This document shows, one piece after another, positions 8,274 to 18,359 of a stretch of 64,000 nucleotides of DNA. The notes under the pieces are model-generated. The model was given only the letters and a program-made list of their open reading frames with translations, was not told the DNA's origin and ran no database searches. The stretch's first letter is position 1. Each line of letters opens with the position of its first letter. The stretch is from Thermoplasmata archaeon (GTDB lineage Archaea > Thermoplasmatota > Thermoplasmata > GCA-020350865). The stretch covers positions 3,875,765 through 3,939,764 of the forward strand of contig CP070751.1 of the NCBI GenBank assembly GCA_020348445.1, written 5' to 3'. A program made the translations under genes and the position numbers.

Positions 8274-11021
8274 GTGAGACAACAAAAAGGTTTGACTTTT
8301 GTATTGGCTTCTTTACTTGTTACCGTGATAATCTGTTTGATACCCACAGCCCAGGCAAAGGTCACAGTACACAGCGTCACTGTTTCCACAGACAAAACCA
8401 CCTATACCATAGGTTCAGAGGCAATCGCCATGGGTGTTTTGGATTATACAGGCTCCAAAAAGGACCTACTTGGTGTAAATTTTACATGGTACTATCCCAA
8501 CGGAACCCTGGCGAAATTTGATCCTAATATCATGCCATATGGAAGTGGTACAGCTTACAGTTCCTTCTGGCCTGATACCCTTGGTAATAATTACATTGTC
8601 AATGCCACATATTCTGGTGATGTAACGATATTCGACGAAACAAGTTTTGATGTTGTGGAATCATCTCCGGGTAACGAGGTTGGTGGTCCCATTAATTCCG
8701 ACGAAACTTGGACCCTGGCGGGAAGTCCTTATATTGTCGTGGAGGATGTGTTCGTGGAGCAAGGTGTTACTTTAACTATCGAACCAGGTGTTGTAGTGGA
8801 ATTCAAGAGCCACAAATGTTTGAGGGTCAATGGTACCCTCATTGCAATTGGTGATGAAATGAATATGATCACCTTCACCTCCAACAACTCAAATCCCCAA
8901 CCAGGGGATTGGGAGGGTATAGATTTCATTGATGCAGGGGCCGATTCTGTGCTGAGTTATTGCAGGATAGAGTATTCCTTTCTCCATGCAATTTATATAT
9001 TCAATTCCTCCCCTGAAATCACGTACAACTTGATCAGAGATGTGAATCGCACAGGGATTATAGCCGAGAAGAGCTCGTCCTACATAGCCTATAACACAAT
9101 AACCGAGATCTCACATGACCTAGCTAGCAATAAGGGCATTTATTTGCAAGGGGATTGCGATACAACAATATACGGAAATGCCATATCTGATGTGCAGGAA
9201 TACGGCATAAAAATCACAAACTCGAATCCAATGATTTCTGAGAATTATATCTCAGGCAGTTATTATAACATCGATTGCCAAGATTCTGAGGCAACCATTA
9301 CAAATAATACACTTTTTGATGCCTCAATTGCTGGAATAAGATTGATGGACTGTAATAACGTGATGATTGTAAATAACAGCATTTTTGACAACGCCCGAAA
9401 AGGTATCGAATGTATAAGATCATCGCCAAAAATATTTAATAATCATATCTCACACAACGGAGATTCTGGAATCGATGAAGCGGGCATATATTTCTTTATG
9501 TCTGAAAATGTAGAGATTTTAAACAATATATTAGAGGGGAATAGATATGGGCTTTATGCAAAAGATCTGAGTGACTCCATAATATCCCAAAATAAGTTCT
9601 ACAACTGCACAAAAGACGGAATTTATGTAAAGGATTCATATAAACTCGATATTTTAGAAAACATAATAATGTGGGGTGAAAACGGAGTTCATTTAATCGA
9701 TTCCAGAGATTTCATCCTTATAGCCAATACCGTCTCCGATAGCACTGAAAAAGCTCTATTCATTTACAACATAACAGACTTTTCAATTGTGCAGAATATT
9801 TTGACTTCAAATAAATATGGAACCTATATGCACTCCTCAACAGGTACCATGACGAACAGCACGATTTTGAATGGTATTGAAAGAGATATATATCTGATTC
9901 AAAATTCCAAACTATTAAGTATAAACTCAACGTTCGGAAAAGAAAAAGTCCAAGTTTCAGGTGGTTGCGAGTTTATAGTTATGAACTATCTGCATGTGTT
10001 CGTACAAAATGAGAGTTACATGCCCTTTCAAGAAACAGATGTGACCATAAAGGACAACGAAAAAGTTGTATATTCAACCCAAACTGATAGCGAGGGTTTA
10101 TGCAGGTTTCTGCTTTTGACTGATAGAATTTACCATGGCAGTAATACACCCACAGAAAATATTACTAATGTTGAGGTTGAAAACGGCAGTGTCTATTTAC
10201 TTAACAACCCAAGGGAAGTGGACATGTCGTACTCTCATACAGAGGTGTTCTGTCCAGGCAATCCATTGTCTATCTCTATTAACAATCCCAGACATGCCTC
10301 CTTAGTTTTTGATAGCCTCAACATCACGGGCACTGCTTTTAGCATGGGTGGCGAGATAGTCAAGGTGGAGGTGAATGTGGATACAGGAGAATGGTTATCT
10401 GCAACTCAGATAAATGGACAATGGTCACAATGGAAATTTGAACTGGATACTCGAGGGCTTTTTGATGGCCCCCATATCATCTCAGCTAGGGTTTCTACAC
10501 TTTATCATAAAAAAGAAGTTTACGTTCAGGTTTTGGTGGACAATATAGGAAACAAACCCCCTTTGGTTAATATAACCTCCCATAATTCCAGTGATGCTGT
10601 CAAGAATACCACCACCTTGGAAGGCACGAGCTTTGATTATGATGGCGATGTTGTCTCTGTAGAAGTCAGAATAGACAACGGAAGTTGGATTACAGCCAAT
10701 AATCCCGAAGGCGATTGGTCCAAATGGAGTATTGAGATAAATACAAGAAACTATACCAACGGAGAACACAACATAACAGTTATGGTGATCGATAATGCAA
10801 CCGAAGCCACGGCTATAGATATTGTACTTATCTTCGATAATGAAGACACTGATGAAATAGATGATGGAGAAGATGGGGGTGAGGGAGATGGTGCTGATAG
10901 CGGATTTGGTTTGGAGAGGATACCTTGGAAAATATGTATAATTTGGATTGTTGTAATATTTATAATTTTGATGGCATTCTTTAAAAATGTACGAGATAAA
11001 AAGAAAAGAAAGAAGAAATAG
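8274..11021 (+). CDS. Secreted, membrane-anchored right-handed parallel beta-helix (NosD/PbH1) protein with Ig-like domains
   Basis: Signal peptide; TWTLAGSPYIV...LTIEPGVVV motif; many GI.L...N..I.NN.I repeats; C-terminal Ig modules (GT.....G....VEV.VD.G.W); acidic linker, TM helix and basic tail. Confidence 0.85.
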   Translation: MRQQKGLTFVLASLLVTVIICLIPTAQAKVTVHSVTVSTDKTTYTIGSEAIAMGVLDYTGSKKDLLGVNFTWYYPNGTLAKFDPNIMPYGSGTAYSSFWPDTLGNNYIVNATYSGDVTIFDETSFDVVESSPGNEVGGPINSDETWTLAGSPYIVVEDVFVEQGVTLTIEPGVVVEFKSHKCLRVNGTLIAIGDEMNMITFTSNNSNPQPGDWEGIDFIDAGADSVLSYCRIEYSFLHAIYIFNSSPEITYNLIRDVNRTGIIAEKSSSYIAYNTITEISHDLASNKGIYLQGDCDTTIYGNAISDVQEYGIKITNSNPMISENYISGSYYNIDCQDSEATITNNTLFDASIAGIRLMDCNNVMIVNNSIFDNARKGIECIRSSPKIFNNHISHNGDSGIDEAGIYFFMSENVEILNNILEGNRYGLYAKDLSDSIISQNKFYNCTKDGIYVKDSYKLDILENIIMWGENGVHLIDSRDFILIANTVSDSTEKALFIYNITDFSIVQNILTSNKYGTYMHSSTGTMTNSTILNGIERDIYLIQNSKLLSINSTFGKEKVQVSGGCEFIVMNYLHVFVQNESYMPFQETDVTIKDNEKVVYSTQTDSEGLCRFLLLTDRIYHGSNTPTENITNVEVENGSVYLLNNPREVDMSYSHTEVFCPGNPLSISINNPRHASLVFDSLNITGTAFSMGGEIVKVEVNVDTGEWLSATQINGQWSQWKFELDTRGLFDGPHIISARVSTLYHKKEVYVQVLVDNIGNKPPLVNITSHNSSDAVKNTTTLEGTSFDYDGDVVSVEVRIDNGSWITANNPEGDWSKWSIEINTRNYTNGEHNITVMVIDNATEATAIDIVLIFDNEDTDEIDDGEDGGEGDGADSGFGLERIPWKICIIWIVVIFIILMAFFKNVRDKKKRKKK

Positions 11022-11112
11022 TTTTATGCTTGGTATTTCACCATAACCATTACTCGTTAGCCCCCATATCAAAATATCCCAGGTCTAAACATTACATTAT
11101 GCTGCCCAAAAT

Positions 11113-13047
11113 CTATACCCCATTTTTTATGGATCCAAAAAATTCGTTACAATCATTGATTATATTCAAGCTCAGCTTTAGGTCTGGAATATAATCCTTA
11201 AAATGGCTGGCTCTTTTATCAAGAATTACAGCAACACCCCTATCCTCTTGATCCCTGATGAGCCTCCCTATGGTTTGCAAAAGCCTTCTTGTGGTTGGGG
11301 CCTTCACTGCGTATTCCCAACCCTTGCCAAACTTTCTATCATAGAATATCTCCTGCGCCCTTTGCTTGGCCGAGGGTTTGGGATAGGGTATACCCACCAC
11401 TACCAAAATTTCCATCTGCTCTGCTGGATAATCCATTCCCTCGCTGAGTCTGCCCCCTACAACAGATAAAAGAGTCGCCCCATAATCAGAACCTGATTTG
11501 AAACCCTCCGCTACATCCATTACCTCGGCCTGGGTCATACCCTGCTGCTCCACGTAACATCTTTTATCAAGGCAAAACTGTAATCCATTGGCAAGAAATA
11601 GGTTCATCAATCGAAAACTAGGAAAAAAGAACGCTGTGTTTCTTTTGAATTCCTTGCTTAAATCGACGAGGTAATCACCCATTCTCGGAATAAGGGATGA
11701 ATCCTTTGTCATATCCTCGAATCTTGTTGTGACATCATCTAAGTACAATACTATCCTATTTTCCTTTGGAAAAGGTGAGGGGAAAGTGGCTAGAAGGGAA
11801 TTTGAAGGAAGCCCTATTGTATCCCTGAACTCCTCCAAAGGTGAAAGTGTTCCTGACATATGAACAGAAGAATGACATAAAAGTAGGGCTTCTGTGGCTA
11901 CAGCGGGCTCTAGGCAGTATATCTCAAGCTTCGTTTTTTCGTGGTTATGAATCAACTTCACAAAGTTCTCGTCCTGCTGATCCATCCAGAATAATAAAAA
12001 ATTCCCAACTGAATTGATGTAGGATCGTGGTAGAACACCATCTTTTAACCTCACATCCTTTATGATTTCACCATGGATAACAAGGTCGCTTGCCATGGCC
12101 TTTATCTTCCTGCTGGTGGTATTGTAGGCCTGCATCAACTCGGAAAGAAACTCTCCTGGGGGAATGAAGGCATCTGCATCTTCTTCTTGTAGGTATTCCC
12201 TTTTAAGTTCCAATATGACCTCCTCTATCTTTCCCATCAAATCTGCTATAAAAATGCCGTTAGAGGTGCGCAAATTTCCAAACTCGTGAGCCTCCTTTTT
12301 TGCATTCTCAAGGGTTTGAATCCCCAGTTCCATTGATTCCAGCTCCCTTGCATAATCAGGGAGGTTGTGCGCCTCGTCAACTATCAGTATCATATCAGAA
12401 AGCCCGCAGCCCATCCATTCCAGAATACGCTGTCTTATAAAATGATTGAAAAAATAGATATATGGAGCCGTAACCAAAGTCGCATCACTGAGCATAGATT
12501 TATTAGCCTCGTAGGGGCAGAACCCGAGCTCTTTGCATCTGATGGTGAACTCTTCCACAGTTGGAAGCTCCTTTTTGGCCCAGTCTCTTATAGTTGATAT
12601 ATCCCCAGTGCATACCTTTGCATAATATCTGCAGGATTTTGGGGGCGAACCTTGGGAAATGGATTTTAAAACCTCCATCTTCTTCTTACCACAAACCTTT
12701 GAGAGCTCGTCCGAAGAGCCCTTCGCGAACTTAGAATCCTGTGCAAGCAACGGGCACATCTGATGTCTTCCCTGAACGCCCAGACCAATAATTTCCTTCT
12801 TGGAATTGATCTTCCTGAGCTCGATGATGACCTGTTGCTGTTGGGAATTTGTCCTGGTGAGATAAAGCACCTTCTTGTCATGCTCCAATGCGTATTCCAA
12901 TGTTGGTGTTAGGGCACAAATGGTCTTGCCTGTGCCAGTGCCTGATTCAAGTACAAGATGCAATTTCCCTTCCACAGCCTGATCTATGAGCTTTAGGATC
13001 TCAGGCTGGTTCTTTCTGAACTCGTATGGAAATAAAGAATGGGCCAT
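11113..13047 (-). CDS. XPD/Rad3/DinG-family Fe-S ATP-dependent DNA helicase
   Basis: Q motif FRKNQ, Walker A SGTGTGKT, four Fe-S Cys, DEAH box, SGTLSP, SEGMDY and QTIGRLIR. Confidence 0.93.
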   Translation of the reverse strand: MAHSLFPYEFRKNQPEILKLIDQAVEGKLHLVLESGTGTGKTICALTPTLEYALEHDKKVLYLTRTNSQQQQVIIELRKINSKKEIIGLGVQGRHQMCPLLAQDSKFAKGSSDELSKVCGKKKMEVLKSISQGSPPKSCRYYAKVCTGDISTIRDWAKKELPTVEEFTIRCKELGFCPYEANKSMLSDATLVTAPYIYFFNHFIRQRILEWMGCGLSDMILIVDEAHNLPDYARELESMELGIQTLENAKKEAHEFGNLRTSNGIFIADLMGKIEEVILELKREYLQEEDADAFIPPGEFLSELMQAYNTTSRKIKAMASDLVIHGEIIKDVRLKDGVLPRSYINSVGNFLLFWMDQQDENFVKLIHNHEKTKLEIYCLEPAVATEALLLCHSSVHMSGTLSPLEEFRDTIGLPSNSLLATFPSPFPKENRIVLYLDDVTTRFEDMTKDSSLIPRMGDYLVDLSKEFKRNTAFFFPSFRLMNLFLANGLQFCLDKRCYVEQQGMTQAEVMDVAEGFKSGSDYGATLLSVVGGRLSEGMDYPAEQMEILVVVGIPYPKPSAKQRAQEIFYDRKFGKGWEYAVKAPTTRRLLQTIGRLIRDQEDRGVAVILDKRASHFKDYIPDLKLSLNIINDCNEFFGSIKNGV

Positions 13048-13079
13048 ATGGGTGAATCAGAAGATGTGGATAAAAAAGT

Positions 13080-13508
13080 TTACTCTTCCTCTTCATTATT
13101 CCTTTTCCATATATCCTCAGGTATCTCAGAGTACACGAGGCTCTCTTCTGCCGCCTCTCTGCGCTCCTTCTCCTCCGCAGCTTCCACAAGCTCCCTGATC
13201 TTCTCCTTTCTAAACAGCCAGTAATGTATTCTCCATTCCCTTCCATCATAGAGAGTGGTCTCTTCCCTTTCCGTGGTGAGAAGACCTGAGTCCTCAAGCA
13301 TGTAGAAAGCGTCCCTATCCTCAGGTTCCAACACATTGTCTATGATCCTGTCACTGTAACCAAAGAAGTTCAAAACGTGGTTTGCCATGGCCCTCGCAGC
13401 CTTGGTCTCCATGCCGCTCTTGTCTATGCTGTTCTTTATCGCCTTGGTCAGGTCGTCCACTGTCAAAGTGTCGCCTGGTTCTTTCTTGAGTTTTGTCATA
13501 TATGCCAT
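13080..13508 (-). CDS. Conserved Thermoplasmatota protein (DUF6015-like), possibly winged helix
   Basis: HVLNFFGYSDRIIDNVLEPEDRDAFYMLEDSGLLTTEREETTLYDGREWRIHYW recognised from memory as DUF6015-type. Confidence 0.65.
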   Translation of the reverse strand: MAYMTKLKKEPGDTLTVDDLTKAIKNSIDKSGMETKAARAMANHVLNFFGYSDRIIDNVLEPEDRDAFYMLEDSGLLTTEREETTLYDGREWRIHYWLFRKEKIRELVEAAEEKERREAAEESLVYSEIPEDIWKRNNEEEE

Positions 13509-13633
13509 TTCAACAGCTCCTTACCCCACATATCAAACGTCGGTTATTTATATCACGCAACAGATATTACTAACTAGGTGTATTTATAGTTTTCGCGATG
13601 GGACTCACGGTTTTCGAAATATGAAATCTGTAT

Positions 13634-14374
13634 TTATCCTTTTTTTCCCATCCTATTTAGGATTTTCTCCAAATTATCGCTATTATTAAAGTCTGCGATC
13701 CCACTCTTCATCATATCTTCGCTTTCTTCTTTTTTTCTTATTTCTTCTATATATGATATCATCTTCGGCAGGGCTCTGACAACATCATCCACTACTGTAA
13801 CATCTGCAGCCTTGGAAGTCCTTGAGAGGGGATTTAGGTCCACAGCGATTATCGTTTTTCCCATTTTCTTAAGAGCAGAAGCCCTGTCTCCATCCTCCAA
13901 GGGTATTATAATCACATCGGCCTCTATGGTGCCTTCCTTGGTGCACAACGCCCTCTTATGGTCCAAACCCGGGATCTCGGCATCGGGATTTTCTCCCAGA
14001 ATCTCTTTTGCACCATGATCTCTAAGAAGGTCAGCTATTTTCTTTACCCGCTCTTCATTCCTGTAAAAGAGGTTTATTTCCAGTTTTGCAGGAATGATTT
14101 CTGATAGTTTTATCATATCATCAGGAACTAAAACAGCAGTGTTACCATTAACAGATACCACGGGATTTTTTGCTAAAAGCAGATGGTATGCCGCGATTTT
14201 TTCCGCTAAATCCGCCTCTAAAACCGTTTTTTCACCTAAAAGGTAATCAAAGGCCTCACCACGGCCGTGGGCAATCAAACCTGCTTCTGCCACAATACCC
14301 ATCTTCATGCCTTCTATGATCTTTTCCCTCTTCATAAGGGACTCGTATCTTGGATGGGTTTTTGGAATTTGCAT
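13634..14374 (-). CDS. Archaeal phosphopantothenate synthetase (4-phosphopantoate--beta-alanine ligase, COG1701)
   Basis: IPKTHPRYESL, GLIAHGRGEAFDYLLGE, SVNGN, LEINLFYR, PLEDGDR and DLNPLSRT motifs. Confidence 0.93.
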   Translation of the reverse strand: MQIPKTHPRYESLMKREKIIEGMKMGIVAEAGLIAHGRGEAFDYLLGEKTVLEADLAEKIAAYHLLLAKNPVVSVNGNTAVLVPDDMIKLSEIIPAKLEINLFYRNEERVKKIADLLRDHGAKEILGENPDAEIPGLDHKRALCTKEGTIEADVIIIPLEDGDRASALKKMGKTIIAVDLNPLSRTSKAADVTVVDDVVRALPKMISYIEEIRKKEESEDMMKSGIADFNNSDNLEKILNRMGKKG

Positions 14375-14435
14375 AATAAGGTGATTGTCATAGCATAAAT
14401 TAATGCTTTTTTATCAGGAATTATTCTAGAAACAC

Positions 14436-15446
14436 CTATACATTCCAAACGTACTCGATTCCACCTGCGATCCGGAGGTGCATATATGCCTCACCGTAAA
14501 GTGTTATAGTTAAACTCAATTCATCGGAATTACAGGCAATTATACCAAGAGAGCTTTCATACGTATTTGAACTAAAGGACCGCTCTGTACCTCCCTGGGG
14601 TGTTATGGGGTCTCTTATTATCAGTGCTCCTCCTGAGTTATCTTCAGTTTTTATTTCAAAATGGTAGATCCAAGAGTCGAAAGCTCCCCATTCAGGGTGG
14701 CCTTCTATGTGGCTTTTATAAGTTTCAGAATAAGGTGAATTATAGAGTTGACCAATAATATCATAGCCACGAACAAAGTACACATTACCTGCAAACCCTT
14801 TGTTATGCGTAACTAAGGTCATCTCAAGCTGCGGAATTCCAGAGGAATCTTCAAAGACAAGAGAGTTTATCCATTTAGCAGAGTCGTCATATGAATAAAT
14901 GAGTTTCTCACCAGTTGGAGCAGTGGCTTTGATATTCACCAGGATTGTATTCCCACTTTCAGGTAAATCGACATTTTTAATGGAGGTGACCTTGGCGCTA
15001 AATCCCTCAATTTTAAACAATGAGAAGCTCCATTCCTTGTTTTTCTTTAACGGAAATGAGAATAATGGTTGTGGTATCCCCTGCTCGTATATTGATAAAT
15101 CCTCGATCGTAATTCTTCCCAGCATGGGATTGTAATTCAAAACTGCATGGCGTTGTGCATCTTGCAGAGTTGCTACACCCACCAAGTAATTATCTTCCTC
15201 CTCGGAAGCCACCACCATCTGAGATATGGCATCCTCAATATCTGGAGTTTTAAAAGAATATTTCCAGTATTTCCCTGGTATCCAGGTAGGGGCAGAGATT
15301 TCATCGGGAATGGAGGATTGTTCAGAGAGCTCCACATATCCTGCAAGTAGGGCAGCCCCGAGAACGAATCCTATAATAAATATACCTATAAGGGTTAATA
15401 TTGAGACTGACATCTTCTCTTTTAAGTTCATTGCCCTCAACCGCAA
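14436..15446 (-). CDS. Hypothetical membrane-anchored/exported protein
   Basis: N-terminal TM segment followed by a soluble beta-rich domain. Confidence 0.65.
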   Translation of the reverse strand: MRLRAMNLKEKMSVSILTLIGIFIIGFVLGAALLAGYVELSEQSSIPDEISAPTWIPGKYWKYSFKTPDIEDAISQMVVASEEEDNYLVGVATLQDAQRHAVLNYNPMLGRITIEDLSIYEQGIPQPLFSFPLKKNKEWSFSLFKIEGFSAKVTSIKNVDLPESGNTILVNIKATAPTGEKLIYSYDDSAKWINSLVFEDSSGIPQLEMTLVTHNKGFAGNVYFVRGYDIIGQLYNSPYSETYKSHIEGHPEWGAFDSWIYHFEIKTEDNSGGALIIRDPITPQGGTERSFSSNTYESSLGIIACNSDELSLTITLYGEAYMHLRIAGGIEYVWNV

Positions 15447-15547
15447 AACACCTATTTGTTGTGCTTAATTATAAATGTTTCCATTTCCTGGTAAACCCCC
15501 CGCTTTCTCGCATAAATTACATAAACTAGAAAGCTATTATCCCAATA

Positions 15548-16615
15548 ATGGTTGCGGAGAACGAGGTTTCAAATTGGCTTACGGAATATGACAGAGATGA
15601 GCTGGTAATCGCCACGTTGTGTTCCCATACAAGCCTTCAGATTTTTGATGGTGCTAAAAAAGAGGGTTTCAAGACCCTTGGCATTTCCGTGGGCCCACCT
15701 GCTAAATTCTACGATGCCTTTCCAAAGGGAAAACCTGATGAATTTTTTGTTGTGGATAATCATTCGGACATCCCGGAAAAAGCCGAAGACTTGCGCCAAA
15801 GAAATGTGATATTAATTCCCCATGGCTCCTTTGTTGAGTACCTTGGCCCAGACAACTTTGAGAAACTCCAAGTACCGACCTTCGGGAACAGAAAAGTCCT
15901 GCGATGGGAATCCTCAAGGATCAAGGAAAGGGAGTGGCTAGAAAGTGCGGGAATAGAAATGCCTCAATTGTTCAAAGAACCAGAACAAATCGACAGGCCT
16001 GTTGTGGTTAAGTTCGATGGAGCAAAGGGAGGCAGGGGTTTTTTCATAGTAAAGAATTATAGGGAATTTGAAAAGGTGAATCCCACACAAAGATACACCA
16101 TACAGGAGTACGTCCTTGGCACCAGATATTATCTTCATTATTTTTACTCTCCAATAAAAGAGGATGGCTACAAGCTCTCAAAAGGTATATTGGAGCTATT
16201 GAGTATCGACAGACGTGACGAGACCAACATCGATGAAATGTATAAATTGGGTTCACAAGAGGAATTAAAAAAACTGAGTATTTATCCAAGTTTTGTCGTT
16301 ACTGGGAATGTTCCATTGACAATACGGGAATCACTTTTGGCTGAAGTCTTCGACATGGGGGAAAAGGTCGTTGAAAAATCCTTTGAGCTTTTTGGAGGCA
16401 TAATTGGACCTTTTTGTCTCGAAACAATTGTGAACGATGAGCTTCAGTTCAAGGTTTTCGAGGTCTCGGCCAGAATAGTCGCAGGTACGAATCCTTTTAT
16501 CTCCGGCTCACCATACTCCGAGTTTTTAGAGTCAAATCTCTCCACAGGCAGAAGAATTGCCCAGGAGATAAATATGGCCAATGAAATGGACAGGCTCGAT
16601 GAAATACTTAGCTGA
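15548..16615 (+). CDS. purP: 5-formaminoimidazole-4-carboxamide ribonucleotide synthetase (ATP-grasp PurP family)
   Basis: IATLCSHTSLQI, PHGSF, FGNR.VLRWE, GAKGGRG, HYFYSP, TGN.P..IRESLL, GPFCL and SARIVAGTN. Confidence 0.9.
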   Translation: MVAENEVSNWLTEYDRDELVIATLCSHTSLQIFDGAKKEGFKTLGISVGPPAKFYDAFPKGKPDEFFVVDNHSDIPEKAEDLRQRNVILIPHGSFVEYLGPDNFEKLQVPTFGNRKVLRWESSRIKEREWLESAGIEMPQLFKEPEQIDRPVVVKFDGAKGGRGFFIVKNYREFEKVNPTQRYTIQEYVLGTRYYLHYFYSPIKEDGYKLSKGILELLSIDRRDETNIDEMYKLGSQEELKKLSIYPSFVVTGNVPLTIRESLLAEVFDMGEKVVEKSFELFGGIIGPFCLETIVNDELQFKVFEVSARIVAGTNPFISGSPYSEFLESNLSTGRRIAQEINMANEMDRLDEILS

Positions 16616-16629
16616 TTTTTATTTTGGTA

Positions 16630-18195
16630 TCAATGTTTAAAGAGCCTTATTCCCGAAAACACCATGGACATACCGTGCTCGTTGGCTGCCGCAATAACCT
16701 CATCGTCCCGAACAGATCCTCCTGGCTGGATTATTGCAGCTACTCCGAACTTCGCTGCTGCGTCCACACCATCCCTGAACGGGAAAAATGCATCCGAGGC
16801 CATAACACTACCCTTGGCCTTCTCTCCTGCCTTGCGGGCAGCTATCATTGAAGCATCCACTCTACTCATTTGGCCTGCACCAATTCCCACTGTCTGCTCA
16901 CCTTGAGCTAGTAAAATGGAGTTTGACTTCACATGCTTCAGAACCTTGCAGGCGAAAACCATGGTTTTCAGCTCCGCCTCCGTGGGTTTCTTATCTGTAA
17001 CTACCTTCAAGCTCCTTGGATTGATTTCGGGGAAATCCCCTGTCTGAATCAAAAGACCGCCCTTGACCTTCATCATCTTGTGTTCTACAGGTGATTCTCT
17101 TTTAATAGGAACACCGGTTTTTAGCAGTCTTATGCTTTTTTTCTTAGATAGCAGATCCAGTGCATCTTTGTCAAATTCAGGGGCAATTACAGCTTCTACA
17201 AAGTGTTTCTTGATCTCTTCTGCCGTGGCCAAATCACAATCTCTGTTCAGACCTACTACACTGCCGAAAGCAGAAAGAGAATCTGCAGCTTCACCAATAC
17301 TATAAGCCTCAGAAATTGTATCAGCACTGGCGACACCACAAGGATTCGTGTGCTTTATTACAGATGCAGTGGGTCTATCAAAGTCCATAACGATATCTAA
17401 TGCTGAATCCAAATCGATGATATTGTTGAAGGATAGATCCTTTCCATGGAGCTTGATGGCGTTGCCAACACAAACTCCCGAAAATCTCGTGTTCATATAA
17501 AACGCAGCCTGTTGATGCGGATTTTCTCCATATCTAAGGTCCAACGCCTTTTCATATCCCAAACCTATTACATCTGGGAAGGGCTTTGAAGGTGTGAATT
17601 TCTTGTGGAGAAAGTCAGAAATCACACTGTCGTATTTTGCAGTGTGTTCAAAGGCTTCCAATGCCAGCTTGGAGGAGAAATCAGATGATATCCCTCCACC
17701 GTTAGTTTTCAGTTCCTGTAGTATATCATCATATCTTTCTGGATTTACAACAACAGCCACACCGTTGTGGTTTTTTGCAGCAGAGCGTATCATGGTGGGG
17801 CCACCGATATCTATGTTCTCAATGGCCTCATCTATGCTTACATCTTTTTTCTTAATGGTAGCCTCGAAAGGATAGAGATTAACGATCACCATGTCAATTG
17901 GCGTTATGCCATGCTCCTTTAATTGGGTCATATGTCTCTCAGAATCTCTAATGGCAAGTATACCCCCGTGGACTTTGGGGTGGAGCGTTTTTACCCTTCC
18001 ATTCAGCATCTCTGGGAACTTGGTATACTCTGATACAAGTTTAACGGGAACTCCATTTTCCTTAAGCAGTTTTGCTGTTCCACCTGTTGAAAGAATTTCC
18101 ACTTTAAGATCTGCAAGACCTCTTGCGAATTCCACAATACCCTGCTTGTCCGATACGCTAATTAATGCTCGATTTATCTTGATCAAGTTTCTCAC
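16630..18195 (-). CDS. purH: Bifunctional AICAR transformylase/IMP cyclohydrolase
   Basis: RALISVSDK, STGGTA, GRVKTLHPKVHGG, ENIDIGGPTMIRSAAKN, LRYGENPHQ, KHTNPCG, GAGQMSRVD and SDAFFPF. Confidence 0.97.
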   Translation of the reverse strand: MRNLIKINRALISVSDKQGIVEFARGLADLKVEILSTGGTAKLLKENGVPVKLVSEYTKFPEMLNGRVKTLHPKVHGGILAIRDSERHMTQLKEHGITPIDMVIVNLYPFEATIKKKDVSIDEAIENIDIGGPTMIRSAAKNHNGVAVVVNPERYDDILQELKTNGGGISSDFSSKLALEAFEHTAKYDSVISDFLHKKFTPSKPFPDVIGLGYEKALDLRYGENPHQQAAFYMNTRFSGVCVGNAIKLHGKDLSFNNIIDLDSALDIVMDFDRPTASVIKHTNPCGVASADTISEAYSIGEAADSLSAFGSVVGLNRDCDLATAEEIKKHFVEAVIAPEFDKDALDLLSKKKSIRLLKTGVPIKRESPVEHKMMKVKGGLLIQTGDFPEINPRSLKVVTDKKPTEAELKTMVFACKVLKHVKSNSILLAQGEQTVGIGAGQMSRVDASMIAARKAGEKAKGSVMASDAFFPFRDGVDAAAKFGVAAIIQPGGSVRDDEVIAAANEHGMSMVFSGIRLFKH

Positions 18196-18359
18196 TTCCC
18201 TTTGATTTTACCCCCCTTATCTGGGCGTGTAGGGTAATGATTTGTAATTAAAAAAACTTGTCGTTGATTTAATATATATATTCAGATTAAACTAAGCATC
18301 CTCGCCGAAGCCTATTTAAATATAAAAGCCATTAGCGTGACCCAAGGAGAGGAGAAAAA

